From contig JBNZDD010013718.1 of assembly GCA_050575255.1 (NCBI GenBank), positions 4,955,718 through 5,019,717 of the forward strand: DNA of 64,000 nt, written 5' to 3'. The notes below the pieces were generated by a model that was not told where the DNA came from, ran no database searches, and worked only from the letters and a program-made list of their open reading frames with translations. The DNA comes from Harriotta raleighana (Eukaryota). Positions 1 to 13,964 of this stretch are shown one piece after another; the first letter of the stretch is position 1, and every line of letters begins with the position of its first letter. Position numbers and translations under genes: made by a program.

Positions 1-1119
1 ATTGTGTTTGTTACTATTTGGATGAAGAAAAGTGATCTGCATTGTTTTTAACTCGCCCATTCTCTTGATTAGATAATTAATGTCCTTGTGTATCAGTGAA
101 CTGCAAGGCTGAAAGCAGAATGGTCCTGTTTTATAATAATATTACATACATATCCACAGCTCAAATGTGCTGCGAGAATCTAATTCTATAGATTAAAGAA
201 AAGTGGATTCTTCTTTCTTTCGTTTAAACACAGCTGGTAGTAACACTGGATTGAAAAACCCAAGTAAATAAATCTCTTCTGCTGTGGTTGGTGAATCTCA
301 GTGTTAAATTGCATAAGAAAGCAACAGTTTGCCTATGGAGTAAGAGGTAGATTGATTTCAAGAAAATCTGATGGAATGATATGAAATAAAGTATCAATGA
401 GGGAATATGAAAAACGTAGCTTCATTTCAAACTCATTAAAGCTAATTTCTCTGTAAATATGTCAGGTATTCTCTGACTTGTTGAGCACTGTATAAATATA
501 AGGGGTTGTTACAGAGATAGATATCGAGTTAGATTGGTAATGATGCCCTACCACTCGGTCAAAGTTAGTTAGATTGGTATTTCTTGTTATTTCTTTGACC
601 ATAGATTTGCCTTCGATTATTTCATGACAATCTTAATTCTCATAGTTGGAAAAATCAGAGATTAAAATAGGACTTAACTTGTTCATTAAAAAAAATCAAT
701 AAATGGCTACTTTTAACAACATGAATTTACGCAAACCACTTTAAAATAAGTCACGGTTTCACTGTCAAATGGTGATGTTGTTTATCCATCATTTGAAGTC
801 ACATTCTGTTCTCTTATTTTCTGTTCTCTTGTTATCAAGGTTAAAAAAAAAGGTTTCAGTAATGAAGTAGAAACAAGATGTAAGATAACATGGTTGTGGC
901 TGGTCTAGATGCTGACCCACACCATAACAAAAGACAATGGTATAATATGTCTGGTTGCATTTTAGTTAGATTTATAAATTTGGAGTATCACTTATTGGAC
1001 CATTCCTTCCACCAGAGACCACTTTGAATATGTAAGGACTTCCATGACTTGATGTGTAGTCTAAACTAACAAGTAGTAAAATCCTAGATAAACAAAGTTA
1101 ACTTATGCTGTCACACACT

Positions 1120-1265
1120 AGATTGCAGCTGGAATGTTTGGAAACATTACTGTGTGCAAACTGGCTGCCATATTCGCCTGCAAATAGACAGTCACTATAC
1201 TTCTACAGAAACCTCTGAAACGCTTGAGACAATTATGACATGATAAGACACCAAATCAAATATTG
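1120..1265 (+). mobile_element. Degenerate Deu-type SINE 3' half
   Basis: tgtttggaaacattactgtgtgcaaactggctgcc core and a cgcttgagac...tgataagacacc tail. Confidence 0.55.
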
Positions 1266-3409
1266 TACAAAGATTATTCTAAACAACCAGCATAAAGAGA
1301 CTTTAATAAACTAATAATTTATCAGACCAATGGACATAATTACTATTCAATTATCACAAATCCTTAGTTCTGGTAATAATAATCCCTACATTTGTGAAAA
1401 GTGTTTTTTATGTCAGGAGAGAGTGTTTCACATGTCAAAGTGTTTCACAGAATCCACTATAAAGGGGAGTAACTATATTTGTAGATACTGCCACTGATGT
1501 AAGCCACTGCTAATATAACTGTACGTCTGGGGTGAGGACAGGATGAGATGATTGATTCCGGGCAAATAAATAATAGTGAAACTTTTAAAAAAAAAACAAA
1601 TCAATGTTTCAGGCATTAAAGAATCCAACCTTTTTACGGGTCACATTTCTGTCTTAGAGATCACTGTAATCAATCACAAAGGGAGTGCATCTGACAAAAG
1701 ACTTCATCAAGCTAAACGTAAAGGTAGTAAAGAAAGGACACTCAGCAGAAAGGATGCTGCCATTATCTCTGATGTCTGGCTACAAATTGTCCATTCCTCC
1801 AAACCTTAAGTGACCATTATAAATCATTACTTGGCTCTTAAGAATTTGACCAACTGAGACCATCTGCTTTGAGCCCAAGAAGATTCTTTATCAAGATCTC
1901 AGGACTGAGTTTATTGTAAACCCGCACTGGATTAAATCTGTGTTGAATTCTGTTAACTGAAACTAATTTTTGTGTCAACAGCTGTCTTGTCGGTTTACAA
2001 AAAGAATGCTCTGGGGTTTTAAATCGAACACAATCTTTATGTAATACAGAAATTCATCTTGTTAATGAATTAGAATAATGTGCCAGAAAATGTATCAAAC
2101 CAAGTCAGATTAAACTCCAATTTACATCTTATAAACACGTACAATTAATACATTCGTGGAGTGGAGCAGTGTTCATAGCAGAAAAAAAGTGAGATAACTG
2201 AGTAATTCATATATCCTATCATATCAATTGAACAATTTAATTTATGTCAATGCTTGTTGCTGAGTACTTGGGCACATTTTAAAAGTTGTGAGTACAGTTT
2301 AGCACAACCAGGAATAAAATTCAGATGTTTATCTATAATAATTCTTGCATTTAGATTAGTGCAAAATTACCAACCATCAATATTATCTAATTTTACATAT
2401 AATAACGGCCGATGTTGCTGGAGGTCTGTGTAGATTAGTGTATCTAAAATGAGGCAGAGTGGACCTAATGTAAACTCTTATGATACAAATTCCCTGTTCA
2501 CTGCAGTGAGTAATCCCTCACAGCAATAAAACAAATGAAGGGAATGGACTGATGGGTAAAAGATCAAATAAGATACCATTAGTTTATAGCTTAGTGATCT
2601 TCAGGGGCCCTGGATGCAAATACTCTAAAGAAAATAAACAATGCTCTATAAAAATTAGTCAAACATTGCCCAAGGCACAGGAAAGCTAATGTAAGGCCCT
2701 GTCTCCCTGAGTGTGATGCCAATTCCCCTATGTGAAAATTTCCCATAGCATATATGCAGCTTGTCTCTGTTATCTAATGCAATCCTAATGTACGTGGAAG
2801 GATGTGCTAATTAAATGGTCATGTTTTCTTTGGTGATGTGACTCTGGTGCTACTTTTCTCTCATATATGTGGAAAAGTCTTTGTGTACATGTGCTCAACA
2901 CGCGTGCTGAAATAGATTTATTCATTCAATGTCAGGCACATAGTTGTGAAACTATTTGAATATGATTAAAAATCAGATCTATTAATTTCAATACACTTGC
3001 TATCCTGATAGGTAGGTGAGTGGGGAGAGAGAGAGGGGGAGATGTTTGATTCTTAAGTTAGAAGAGTAAACTAAACTGATCCCTAAACCTGTGGAGTAAA
3101 TCGCTTCCTTAGAGCAACAATATTTAGAAGCGAGCAGTTGAGGAGCGATCTGTGTTCCATATGTGGATTCTAATTAAAGTCAGACCAGTGTCACCACTAT
3201 GTAGTGCAAATTATACAATGCTGTGAGAGCCTTAGATCGGAGGCACAATTTTGGAGATCAGTCACTTTCACGCATGAAATGTAATAAGAATAATCCTCAG
3301 GCGTTGATTCTGGAGAAAATATTGCTTTAATTTTCATGTGAAACCTTTTAGAAGATAGCCCAGAGTCATAGATTTTGCTTTGTCATGTATGAGAATTTAA
3401 CAACATTGG

Positions 3410-3450
3410 ATTGAGAAATGGCCATTCAGGCCATCACATCTGCCCCTCTC
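3410..3450 (-). mobile_element. CR1 3'-UTR remnant
   Basis: ggccattcaggccatc resembles ggccattcggcccatc of the long CR1 3' end. Similar remnants lie at about 11065-11105(+), 36740-36790(-) and 60790-60820(-). Confidence 0.4.
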
Positions 3451-5579
3451 ACAGTCCATTACGCAGCTGATCGTATCATGAACTGCATCAAACCGTCTGT
3501 TCAGTGAGCTTCTCCCGATATTCTTGGCAGTTGTGTGAGACATTGCTGTGCTGAAATCTGGCTATTTCGCAGGCTGCCAGCCAACAATCACTAGGCTTTG
3601 CAGCAAAATCATGTGAAGTACTGTGAGATGTCCTGCTGATGTGAAAGGAGCTATATGGAAAAAAAAGCTAGGGTTCATATCATTATTGAGGGTTAGTGTT
3701 ACATAAACACTTCCTGAACCCCAGTGGAAACCAAGAAAATTCATCCATCTCCTCAGCACCACCAATTTAACAATGGCTTCCTTCCACGCAGTCAACATTA
3801 TCTTTGCAAACCCAACAGCTAATAAACCACAGTTACACAAAAGTGTTCATCTCAGTCTGCACCTGTCCTTATTATCTGTAGCTAACCAAATAGAATACAC
3901 ATCCAGTCCTGTTTTGAAGGAGTTAATACACGGAGGAAATCTATTTGATGTCCTTTTTAACAAAACCATGATTTTTGAAATGCTTGATTGTTACAGGCTC
4001 AGTATTACAGGCTGAGTACCTTTAGTTGTAGTGGGAGAAGAATGGTCTCTGCCTTTAACTCTTTCTCCTGATAGGAATGCTAGAATAATCAATACTCTAC
4101 GGTAATAACTATCAATAAGGTTAACAGTATTGATAAAAGGGGGGAACTAATGCAGGTGTTGATGTGCTGTTTGCTGGCTTGACATGGACATGTTGCTTGG
4201 CAACTGATAGTGGTTTTGAATTTGCCAATTGGGGTGGAGGCAGGAACAGATGCCATTTGTGAAATATAAATTTACATGTGCATCAATGAATAGGCCCTGA
4301 ACATTGTAATGTCTGAATTAGTAAGCAGTCGATGGTGAAGAAGACCTTTTGTATGCGCATTCAGCCACCTTCCTCCCCACACCAGCCAGTTATGTGACGT
4401 ACTTTGAGATGACCTCTTGACATGAAAGCTCAAAGCATTTATGTAAGATATTGATGTGGGAAGTAATTTTTTAAAGAACATACATTATAATTACTATAAA
4501 ATCTCTAGTATTTGTTTACATTGTTCATACAATGGTATAATCCCCCACCCTCCCGCCTGCCTTTGTGCCTCAATCTTAAAATCTAACATAGTGGAGGCAC
4601 ATGTAGATATAATGAAAGTATTTATTGCAATGAGGGTATACATATTTCAGAGGCAGTAAAACGATTATAGTTTTACAGTAGAAGGTGTCACACACCTAGC
4701 ACTTTATTATAACTTTAATATGAAAGATTGAATGGGAAAAGCAGTTAAGCTGCATATAGCAATAGGATAATCATTATTAAAATGCCATCCAAATCATTAT
4801 TATTATAAGCTCAATAAGCAAACAAGTCATAATTAGCCCGTTAACTCTTCGCATCTTATTTACATGATAAGAAAAATAAGCAAGGTTCGTCATGTATAGT
4901 GTTTTGTTGAATCTGTGCATGTTAACTCTTTGGGTCCCTCAATATATTCCTCTATTTCAAACACTTATTTATTGTTACTTCTTCAGAGTGTTTCAAATCC
5001 CAATGAGAAGTTCTAACTTATGGTTCTGTCCTTCGTGTCCCTAGTTTGTTCATATGTTAAGTTTCCATCCTTCAGTTCTTTGAGAGGCTTCACAATCTTT
5101 ATCTTTGTAAAATGCTAACTGCAGATGTTCCACCTTTACTGTCCCCTTTACTGTATTACATGCGTCCCCTTTGCTCTCTGCAGACACATGAATGTTACTA
5201 GCTTCATCCCATTTACTTTTCAATCTCTCCCGCTTGGTTTCTTTATCCACCTTGGTACCTGTGTGAGATGCAAATTACATAAAAGGTTATTCAAGGCCTC
5301 GACCAAACTATGCTTTAACGATCACTCATCTCTTTTAGTGAAGTGTTAGTGTCCCTCTGCAAAATAATATTAAAAATTATCATCCTTGCCTTCTATAGAC
5401 TGCTCTTTCATTACTAGGAGCAAGTCTCAAAGCTCATCACAGAACTTACTGTAAAATGTTGTGACGGTATTTTAAATGCCAATGTGTGGATAATGTGCGC
5501 ACAAAAATGTCCCCAAAACAATACAATTAACATGGATAGCATGTTTCACAATCGGAGAACTTCCCAAAGCCAACCCTGA

Positions 5580-5812
5580 AATCAATGACTGCATTTATCT
5601 GGGAAATTGTTGGCCAGGATACTGGGAGAAGCTCTTCTGTTTTTGAATATCGCAATGGACAGACAGATAGGACCTCGGTTTTACATCTCATCCAAATCTT
5701 GGCAACAATACAATGGACCCCAAGCACTGCATCGGAGTATCAGCCTATCTGGACTTGAACCAAAACCTTCTGACTTGGAGGTGAGAGTGCTACCAATTGA
5801 GCCAGCCTGGCA
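5580..5812 (-). mobile_element. tRNA-headed Deu-type SINE (SacSINE1/AmnSINE-like), 5' half with internal deletions
   Basis: The reverse complement starts caggctggctcaattggtagcactctcacctccaagtcagaaggttttggttcaagtcc (Pol III A/B-box-like), then ggatgagatgtaaaaccgaggtcc and ttctcccagtatcctggccaacaattt, which match my recollection of the Deu core. Confidence 0.75.
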
Positions 5813-8084
5813 TCTGAAGTTTGTTTCTTAAAAATCTCCTGACAGGATTGAAACTTTTAATAACATTGTCTTAATCTGTATAATAAGTAAGGCACAGGAT
5901 GTAATTATCTTTTGCCCGCAAATGCATTTATTCAGTTGAGGTTCATTCCAGTGAAGTCATATACCATGATTTTTGTATAATACATTTTGAAACCATTTAT
6001 CACATTTGATTGTTAAATGAATCCCCCCGTCAGCATTGCCAGGTGGTGTCTGTACATTCATTGACAATCATCCATTTGAACCTTAAAGGGAACTCTTGGC
6101 AAAGTCCCAGGAAGCCTAGGGTTCATTATCTGCTGTAAAGGTAACATCTGTTCTGCCTCATGCCCAGACCTACTCTTGGTAAATAGGCCTGTGGACATAA
6201 CCCATTTCTGGGACACATTAATGTTATATCAGGACAGATTGTATATTTAGCTTAGTTGGCGAAATTGTACAACAGACAAAGAACAATGTTTGCACTTTGA
6301 AAATGTGCAAATGTATAGGTTTAAAGTTATATTGCTTGTTTGCAGCATTGTTTGGTTGTCTAACAGAACATTTCATTAATGCTTCACTTCTGCTGGCATG
6401 TCTCATGATAAACTATGTTCTAAAAGTAGGAACAATTTTTCAAATCTTTTGGAATTGGGCAAACCTTTATTCCCCGGAATTTGTAAAAACCTAAAACAAA
6501 GTCCATGAAAAACCTCCCAGTGCCCACAATGCAATGATAAACTCCATGCTTAGGAGCTCACTGTGTAACACTGGGTTTGAGTCTGGTTATTCTGTGGTGA
6601 AGTTCCAAATGAAGCAGATTTGTGGCATCAATGCCGAATATTTTGCCTTGTTTTATGGGGTTGGAGTATTATAATAATCAGCCCTAATTCACAAGCGGAA
6701 TAAATCAGTTCAGTGATGAGCAGACAAGCTTGTATCAATCAGCAGTCATAGGGCACCCAACTAATTCGGGTGCACAGATTGAAAGTGAAACATCTTACTG
6801 CAATTCATATGATTAAATGTACTGTATACTTCTGAGATTCGGACCCAGAGTGCATTAATAGCAAGGGCTATTTTCATATACTGACCATCGACTATGTAGT
6901 AAACCGAATTATTAGAGTATCTTATATCTTCATGACATTCAGATTCAACGCTTTATTTTAATTCATTCAAAAAACAGTTTTACCCCCTTCTTGATGAACA
7001 AAAATCTTATCAAAAATCTTCGCCCGCTATGTTTAAGCTCACATTCCAGTCTGATTTTAGGGATGTAGTGTTTTTGGAGGGCAGACTGTTTGGTTTGATC
7101 CTGAAATGAACGAATATTGCTTTCAGCTGCCCTATCAAGCAATGCTGGCCGCCTGCAGTGTTGTGAGAGATATTTATCGCCACTTTCCAGCAGCTCCTGC
7201 AACAACTGATAAGAAAACGAAAAGATATGGTTGTAGACAATATATTCACCAGGTGCTGCACTAACAGGAAAACTGCAGGGATTATGCTGATTGTGCCTTT
7301 TTTTAAAGAAAAAAGCAATTATTTTTCACAGCAATGTAATTTACATCCTTGTAATTCCGAATCTTGTTCTGAAAATTGTGCATTTTCTTAAAACCCCTAC
7401 ATGTTTTGGGCCATCCAAATCTGTGCAAAATATTCATTACACAAAGATTACTCATGGTTCTGAAGAATGCTCTGCTTAAATACTCTGGACATGTAGAACT
7501 CTCCTCTCCCTGTGTATCAATAAAACTTAACATTCAGGATTTGGAGCCAGGCTCTAATTATAGGAATATATTATGTTTGCTACTTAGTTATTCGTCTGAA
7601 ACATCGTCTTAATAAGTAACCAAATTGCATGACTCCACTGTTGGCAGCATATGTAACCCAGCACTTAGCAAAATTATCTGATTTAATTGAATCACTTAAC
7701 ATCATAAAACCTTCCACCTCGATTACATTAAGTACACAATTCTATAAAATACCATATTTCTGAAAGGCAAAGCTGATTGACTTGGCGTGGATTTGTAGCA
7801 TTTTCTATTATTATTATGAATACTGTACACATATTTTTAATTTCCATTTCAAATCACTGCTATTTTCACTGGGACATTGTGTCGATGTAAACAATGCCTG
7901 AAGAGTAAAATCAAATTAAACTCGATAAACACCTATTATTTCATATTTCAATTGTTTATTTGCCCATCAGCTGGATGTCCCCTGGTGTAAATAACTGTTT
8001 CCTAATGCTCCTGCATTTCTACATTCTACACTATCGGCTCAGATTTCAGATTGGAAACTGACAAAGGTTGAGCTAACTCACTTA

Positions 8085-8370
8085 ATGATTCTTATTCCCT
8101 CTTGTTATGGACGCGGCAACAACCAGAAACAGTTTATTTGCCTTCACGTCATTAAACCTCTTCATGATCTTAAAAGCCTCTAACAGAGCCCCTCTCAATC
8201 TTCTCAGCTTCAGGGAGAAAAGCTCTAACCCATTCAATCTCTCCTGATTGTTGTTCTTCTCTTGATAACATCTTAGTAAATCTACACTGCGCTCTCCCCA
8301 TCAGCACAAAATCCTTCCTGGAAATTAATTTGCCTTCTAAACTTTGGAAGCCCTGCAATGTGCCCTTAGA
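8085..8370 (-). mobile_element. Old CR1 ORF2 C-terminal fragment
   Basis: The minus strand gives KDFVLMGRAQCRFTKM and, after a frameshift, ERLNGLELFSLKLRRLRGALLEAFKIMKRF. Homologous to the 43650-43870 part of the long CR1. Confidence 0.8.
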
Positions 8371-11300
8371 AATGCTTTTTTGGGGTTATTTCAATGAAAA
8401 TTTTCAAGGTGGTCTCAGAATTCATGTGTAGTGTTTTGCATCTTTGTTCTTCTCATCAGCTCGGGCTTCTCCATTCTGACAATTGATGGATAATCGATGA
8501 CATTCCACTTCCACACAATCATTCTCTTAACTTCAAATAATAAAATCATCACCACATTCGCGTTTCCTTGCGGTGGTGTGAGCCCTTTCTCTGAATCTCC
8601 CCCAGATGTCCGGACATTGGAATCGAAATCTGGCCCCACCCCCAGAACGTTTGATGAAATGTTTTGCATGTAAGAGCAAGAATTGTTCAGTGTCAAAAGG
8701 AGTCTTCAACTCAGGACATGAATCAATTTGGCAACAGATTCCGCAACAGCATTCGTCTATTGAATTAGTCTTAGGCTATCTTGACATTGTCCAAGCAATT
8801 TAGTTTGCGTTTTGAACAGCATATGCCTTTCCGTGATCTTCCTCTGTCTGCACCANTTTGCGTTTTGAACAGCATATGCCTTTCCGTGATCTTCCTCTGT
8901 CTGCACTTGACTGTAAAACAGTCAAGCTATTGACTAAAATGTTTGTCCACTGCATGGGGGCATATGTTTATACCTAACTGCTCCTCTTGTTTTGGCTCAA
9001 GACAAAATTGGAACTCCCTCACCTTCACTTCCTTAATTCCAAGTAGACATCATCTCTGAGTGCAGTTGGGAAAGCTGAGATTCATAATACTCACTTCATA
9101 AGCGAGGTACTGATTGTGAATACTCTTCACCGTGCAATTTGAGCAGGACTTCTTAAGGATCTGGTTTTCATTCAGTAAATCATGCAGCCCCAGTATCTTG
9201 TTTGCCTCATTTACTGTTGTGGTCTTTGAACATAGTGAATGACACATCAGTTAAAATTCCAGGTTTCTTAATACAGTCTCTCCTTTAACAATGTACTTAA
9301 AGAATATAACAAATACTTGATATTTTCTGTGTTTTGCTTAAAAAAACTTGATTTCACGTGGATCAATTTGTTCAAAACCTTTTTGGTTCTAGGTGTTTAT
9401 CTTAGCAACATTTTCTGGTTCAGACCAAGAGAATTAGTCTATGTTTGGTGTAATTTGTGGGGTCTATCTAGTTCATGTTTTCCCATTTTCTTTGCCAGGT
9501 TTTGGTGTCTTGGAGTGCTCATCAGCGTAGTTTTTCTGAAATAAAGTCTTTGGTATCAGTCTGGACAATAGGATATGATTATGTTCATATAATTGACGTG
9601 TAATATAAAAAAAACCTCTGTTGTAGTAGAGGATGAAAGGGAAAAAAGGGAAAATTTTGTCTCTGGATCACAAATTATGTGTGATCTCTAATAAGGTGCC
9701 TTGAATTGAGTGAAATAATTCTGGTTTCCTCATCTGCCCAAAGTGTATCTTTCATATATTCTCTCTCAGTGTAGACAAACAAAGTGAAAGCTTTTAAACA
9801 TCTCTTAATAGCATTCACTTCAGTTTCAAAAGAAGTCTTCCCCTTTTGGCATACACAAGCGATGTTTATACAGATCTCGAAAAATATGAATGTTTTCTTA
9901 GCAATAAACACCAACTGTGATGTGTTTGTTTGAAACTTACTTCACAATGATTCATAGCTTCTGCACCACTCTTGGGTTTCCAAAGGTTGAGTTTGAATGC
10001 ATTTCTGCTCTGCACAGACATTATTAGTGTCATTTACAAATAATGTACTGTTTTTCTGCAGGTCTTAGGGTACAATTGTTCTACTTTCAGCATTCTAGTT
10101 TCCTGCAAATCACATGTTCTAACTATACAGTATTACATATTCAAAGGTATCAAAAAGGATCTTAAAGATGTCAACTCTTGGAAGAGCATGATGAGAAAAA
10201 TTTAAGAATTTGAAGTCTGCAGACATTTGCATTATACAATGAAATCACACATTTTTTAAAAAAAGGATAACCCATGTGCTGAAAAATGCATCGTTACACA
10301 GTGAAATGTATTTATTGTGTTGTCAAAATGTGCATAGATTATACGATAAAGTTTCAGACACTATAATTGCTATTGGTAATTTTGGTATCAGAGTGTCTGC
10401 AGAAATTTGACTGTAAATGTAGAATTCTCTTGAGAGGAATATCTTACTTTTGAGTTGCACTGTATTTTTTAATTCCACACTTCAAAATAAACAAGGGAGG
10501 ACCAACATGTTAATTGGTATCCTAGATTCTCCCATTCCCATTTTAAATTACAAGGAATCATAATCCTTACAATTTATAATTCTTAATTGTTTGGGGGGAG
10601 ATTTCTTCTAGTATTTCATACTAAAAGTATACTGCTGTTGGGGTGTAATATTTTAATCTAGTGTGTTTATCCAGCATTGCAGTCCTTATCTAACTTTAAA
10701 TCTTACCGTTACATCTAACTCTTGGAACACGTCTCTGGTCCTCTCTTTCTCTCTCCTCTTCTCCCTTTGCCAGGGGTCCAATCACACCACCATGCAGCCC
10801 TCTTAGATTCTACATCGCACGATGTGCGCTCTATAAATTGTTGTTGCTTGAGCTGGAAGAATGCAAAACCGATCATCCCAGAGAGAAGAATTTCTATAGA
10901 CCTGCCAGTGGTTTAAGGGTTAAATCGTAGCAACTGGAAACTGCACTTACCTTCAGTCCTGAAACATCTGTCCCTGTAGAGGCTGTGCTTTGAGCTGCCC
11001 TTTATGATGGGCCTGTAGTCAGTCTCTCTCTTAACAGTAACTCAAGTATCCTTTCCTGCTGCATTCGATGAGCTGAATGGGCTTTTCTTGTTCTATACTT
11101 TCCTTCGGATCACATGATTTGTCCTCGAGGGAAAAGTGCTGTCTGCTTTTTATTTATTGAGCATCAAAGTATTAAATCGGCACTGCTGTGTTAATATTTA
11201 ATCTACGTGGGCAGAGAAAATATATAAATATTGCACATTTGTGTTTGACGCTGTGACGATGGTGTAGTTTTATACTTCTAGCTGCTATAGCCAGCATGTA

Positions 11301-12102
11301 TTATTACTCGGTGCATTGCTGACCTTTTTGGAGAATGTTTGCAACAGTTCCCAAACCTATACGTCACTGGGTGCAATAAATGGAACCTGTGCTGAAAGAT
11401 ATTCTCATACCCGAGCCTTCAGACCTCAAAGTTCTGAAAGAAACTGAGGGATGTCTCACAGGTAATCATTGACGCACAGTGCTTGAGCTCCCATTGCATG
11501 TGTCAGTGCATCTTCTGATTTGCCACTGTTTATTGTACTGTATATCATAGGCACTCCCATTAAATGCATTTTCAAGACTTCCTCCATGTAGAGCAACAGA
11601 ATGATTTGGACTATAACCTGTTTTTAAAAAAAATACTCATCAAGGGTAAGAGTCAAATTATTTTACAACTGTTGCACATAATTCAGTTTTCACAATGAAT
11701 AATTAATGCATAAACTTTGCACATGTGGGACAAGTTAAATCATAATTCGTGGCAGCCTGCATTAAATAATTTTTTATTACCGCTGGAGCGAATTCATATC
11801 ACTTCCAGAAGTAAAGGGAATTTAAGAGGGAAAGTTGATTTATACAACCAACTTCAAATCACTCACATGGGTAGGGAGGGAGGGCGGGGGGGGGCAAGGA
11901 ACTAGTAATGCTCCACTAACCAATGCCAAGCGCTTCCAATTAAATGTTAATACTGTAAGTGCAAAAAAAACCTCTTAAGAATAATCCTAAAAGTTGGGCG
12001 GCCCAAGAACCTTTAAACGTTTGTTGTAATATAACCAGATATTTACCTTGTATTGTATATGTACCTTGGAATTAATTCCATTCAGAAGTAGGGCTTCCTA
12101 TC

Positions 12103-12165
12103 AGGGCCTTAGGACGCCCCCCCTGATGTGAAAGGCACTCTATAAATGTAATTCTGTTGTTGTTG
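12103..12165 (+). mobile_element. Very short L2-type 3' tail (one of many)
   Basis: gggccttaggacg...ctgatgtgaaaggcactctataaatgtaattc(tgt)n. Related tails lie at about 12270-12315(+), 28360-28425(-), 40715-40790(-), 46415-46470(+), 50250-50310(+) and 61420-61470(+). Confidence 0.7.
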
Positions 12166-13559
12166 TATCGGACCAGTGCCCTTGAAAGCTATTTTAGAAA
12201 CTAAATATTAATTGCTGAAATTAATATAACCCTCAGAATGTCACAATGTTCTCCTCCTCCAAGTGTACAAGCTTTCCTGCTTAAAGGGGGCTATATAAAT
12301 GTACGTTGTTGTTGTGCTCTACTGTTGAGAGAAAGCTCTTCCAAACAGTGTGTCCAAGAACTGAAAAAGCTCAGCATGAAGCAGGTTTCAGTGTCAGCAA
12401 ATATCAGGCTTTAGGATTGCTGTGTAACACACAAGCATTGAAACTAATTTATGTATAGCAAATAAAAGCTCTCAGAAGAACTCTACATTTTATCAACGTA
12501 TTTACGAATTGAATCATGCCTGACTGTTTAATATGTGTGGTAAAATATCTCTTATATATAATGCCCAAGATTCTGCAGCCAGATTATGTGTTACCCACAT
12601 TATATTTGTATTTGCCCACATTAAAGAATGCAATAAACATAAAGGCTTGGCACTTACTGCATGAAACACCACAGTTGCTAGCTTTTAACTTAGCATTGCT
12701 GGAGAGGGTGATATACTGCACTCATCTGGTACCCAGAAGATTTTTACATAAAGGAAACTGTAAAGACATGAAAGAATACACAAGCTTCCCTATAAGAACA
12801 AAAAATCATTTTTGTGACCAACAATCTGTTAGGATGTACAGTTCCTAATTAGGAGGTACCTTTAACCTTGCAACCCTTCAGCACAGTCTTAAACTACCTA
12901 CTGGGATTCATTTCCTGTTTAGGGTTACACATCTCTTTTTTCCCCTTTAAAAGACTTTGGTGATTTATTTCTTGGCTAAGCTGGGTGAAAAAAAACATTG
13001 AACTTCCATATGCTTCTAGTTCTGCAATTAATCTTCACTTTCTTGTTAAGCCTGTCTAATTTTCACACTTATCGCATATGTGCTTTGAAGTAATCCAGAA
13101 ATAGTTTTCACTGTCTAGCAGCCATGCTGAAAATTAGAGTATTAATATCAAGCAACGAATGTTATTTAACAAACTAAAGCATGTTGGGTGCAGAAGATGG
13201 TCCAGATTATCTTAACCAGAATATAAAGCTCCATAATAGTAATTGGCACATGTGTATTTTCTGAAATTAGTTGACAGAAAATATCCCATCTGTTTCTGTA
13301 CAGCTCTTTTCTTTAAAACACATAAAACCCACGCCCCCTAACCCATCACATAAAATATAAGTGTATTAAGTCTACAAACATCTTTCTTTCCTACATAATG
13401 GGTCTGAATTTGAATCATACATCATGATAAGTGTTTAGTATCTCTCAGTCACAACAGGTGCTCAGTTGGATTTATTAGGCTGGCAGAGAATAAGAATATT
13501 TCACTTGAACACTCGCTTGAATGAGTTGCCCATTTCTAAGGTACCAATGATGTCTCACA

Positions 13560-13715
13560 ATAATAATATTAATCCTTACATTTGATGTAATCTTTTGTGT
13601 CAGGAAGATGTCTCAGAACGCAGGAATTACTGGAATGTCCAGTGACTGTGTATTTTGTCAGCCATCTTGCCAGCATCAATCTGCGCACAGCAATGTCCCA
13701 CAAACAGCCACCAGG
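13560..13715 (-). mobile_element. Deu-type SINE 3' half
   Basis: taataatattaatccttacatttgat tail and gcgcacagcaatgtcccacaaacagc core, both as reverse complements of the plus-strand copies. Confidence 0.65.
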
Positions 13716-13852
13716 TGAAAAATATGAATTCAACTTCAAATACGAATTCTGAGCCAGTAAATAAAACTGAATCCAAACAATAATTCACTTGTACATTTTC
13801 TCTCCATTCTCTTTCTTGTTTTGGAAACCGTTCTTGCCTCTTCTTGTTTCAG

Positions 13853-13964
13853 AATATCCAGTGAATGGAAATGAAGATGTTCATAGCTCGGAGAACAGTT
13901 TTTGGGATGCATGGGAACAGCGCTGAGCTGATTGAAGCGGATGTATATCAGAAGGTTATCCAGG
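13853..13964 (+). other. Candidate spliced exon (possible first coding exon or non-coding exon), gene unidentified
   Basis: Long pyrimidine tract ending ttcttgtttcag at 13852 and a donor-like CAGG|gtaata at 13965. An ATG at 13865, directly after an in-frame TGA, opens MEMKMFIARRTVFGMHGNSAELIEADVYQKVIQ up to the donor. I do not recognise the peptide. Confidence 0.25.

Noticed and set aside
5760-5812. tRNA gene
   Set aside because: The A/B-box-like sequence is a degenerate SINE head continuing into the SINE core, with no cloverleaf.
8415-8800. Overlapping ORFs as an exon or endogenous viral fragment
   Set aside because: No recognisable motif in the frames I translated and no convincing pair of splice sites.
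12103-12315. Recurrent ~60-bp repeats as a CRISPR-like or regularly spaced array
   Set aside because: Copies are dispersed, on both strands, variably diverged, and match L2/SINE 3' tails.
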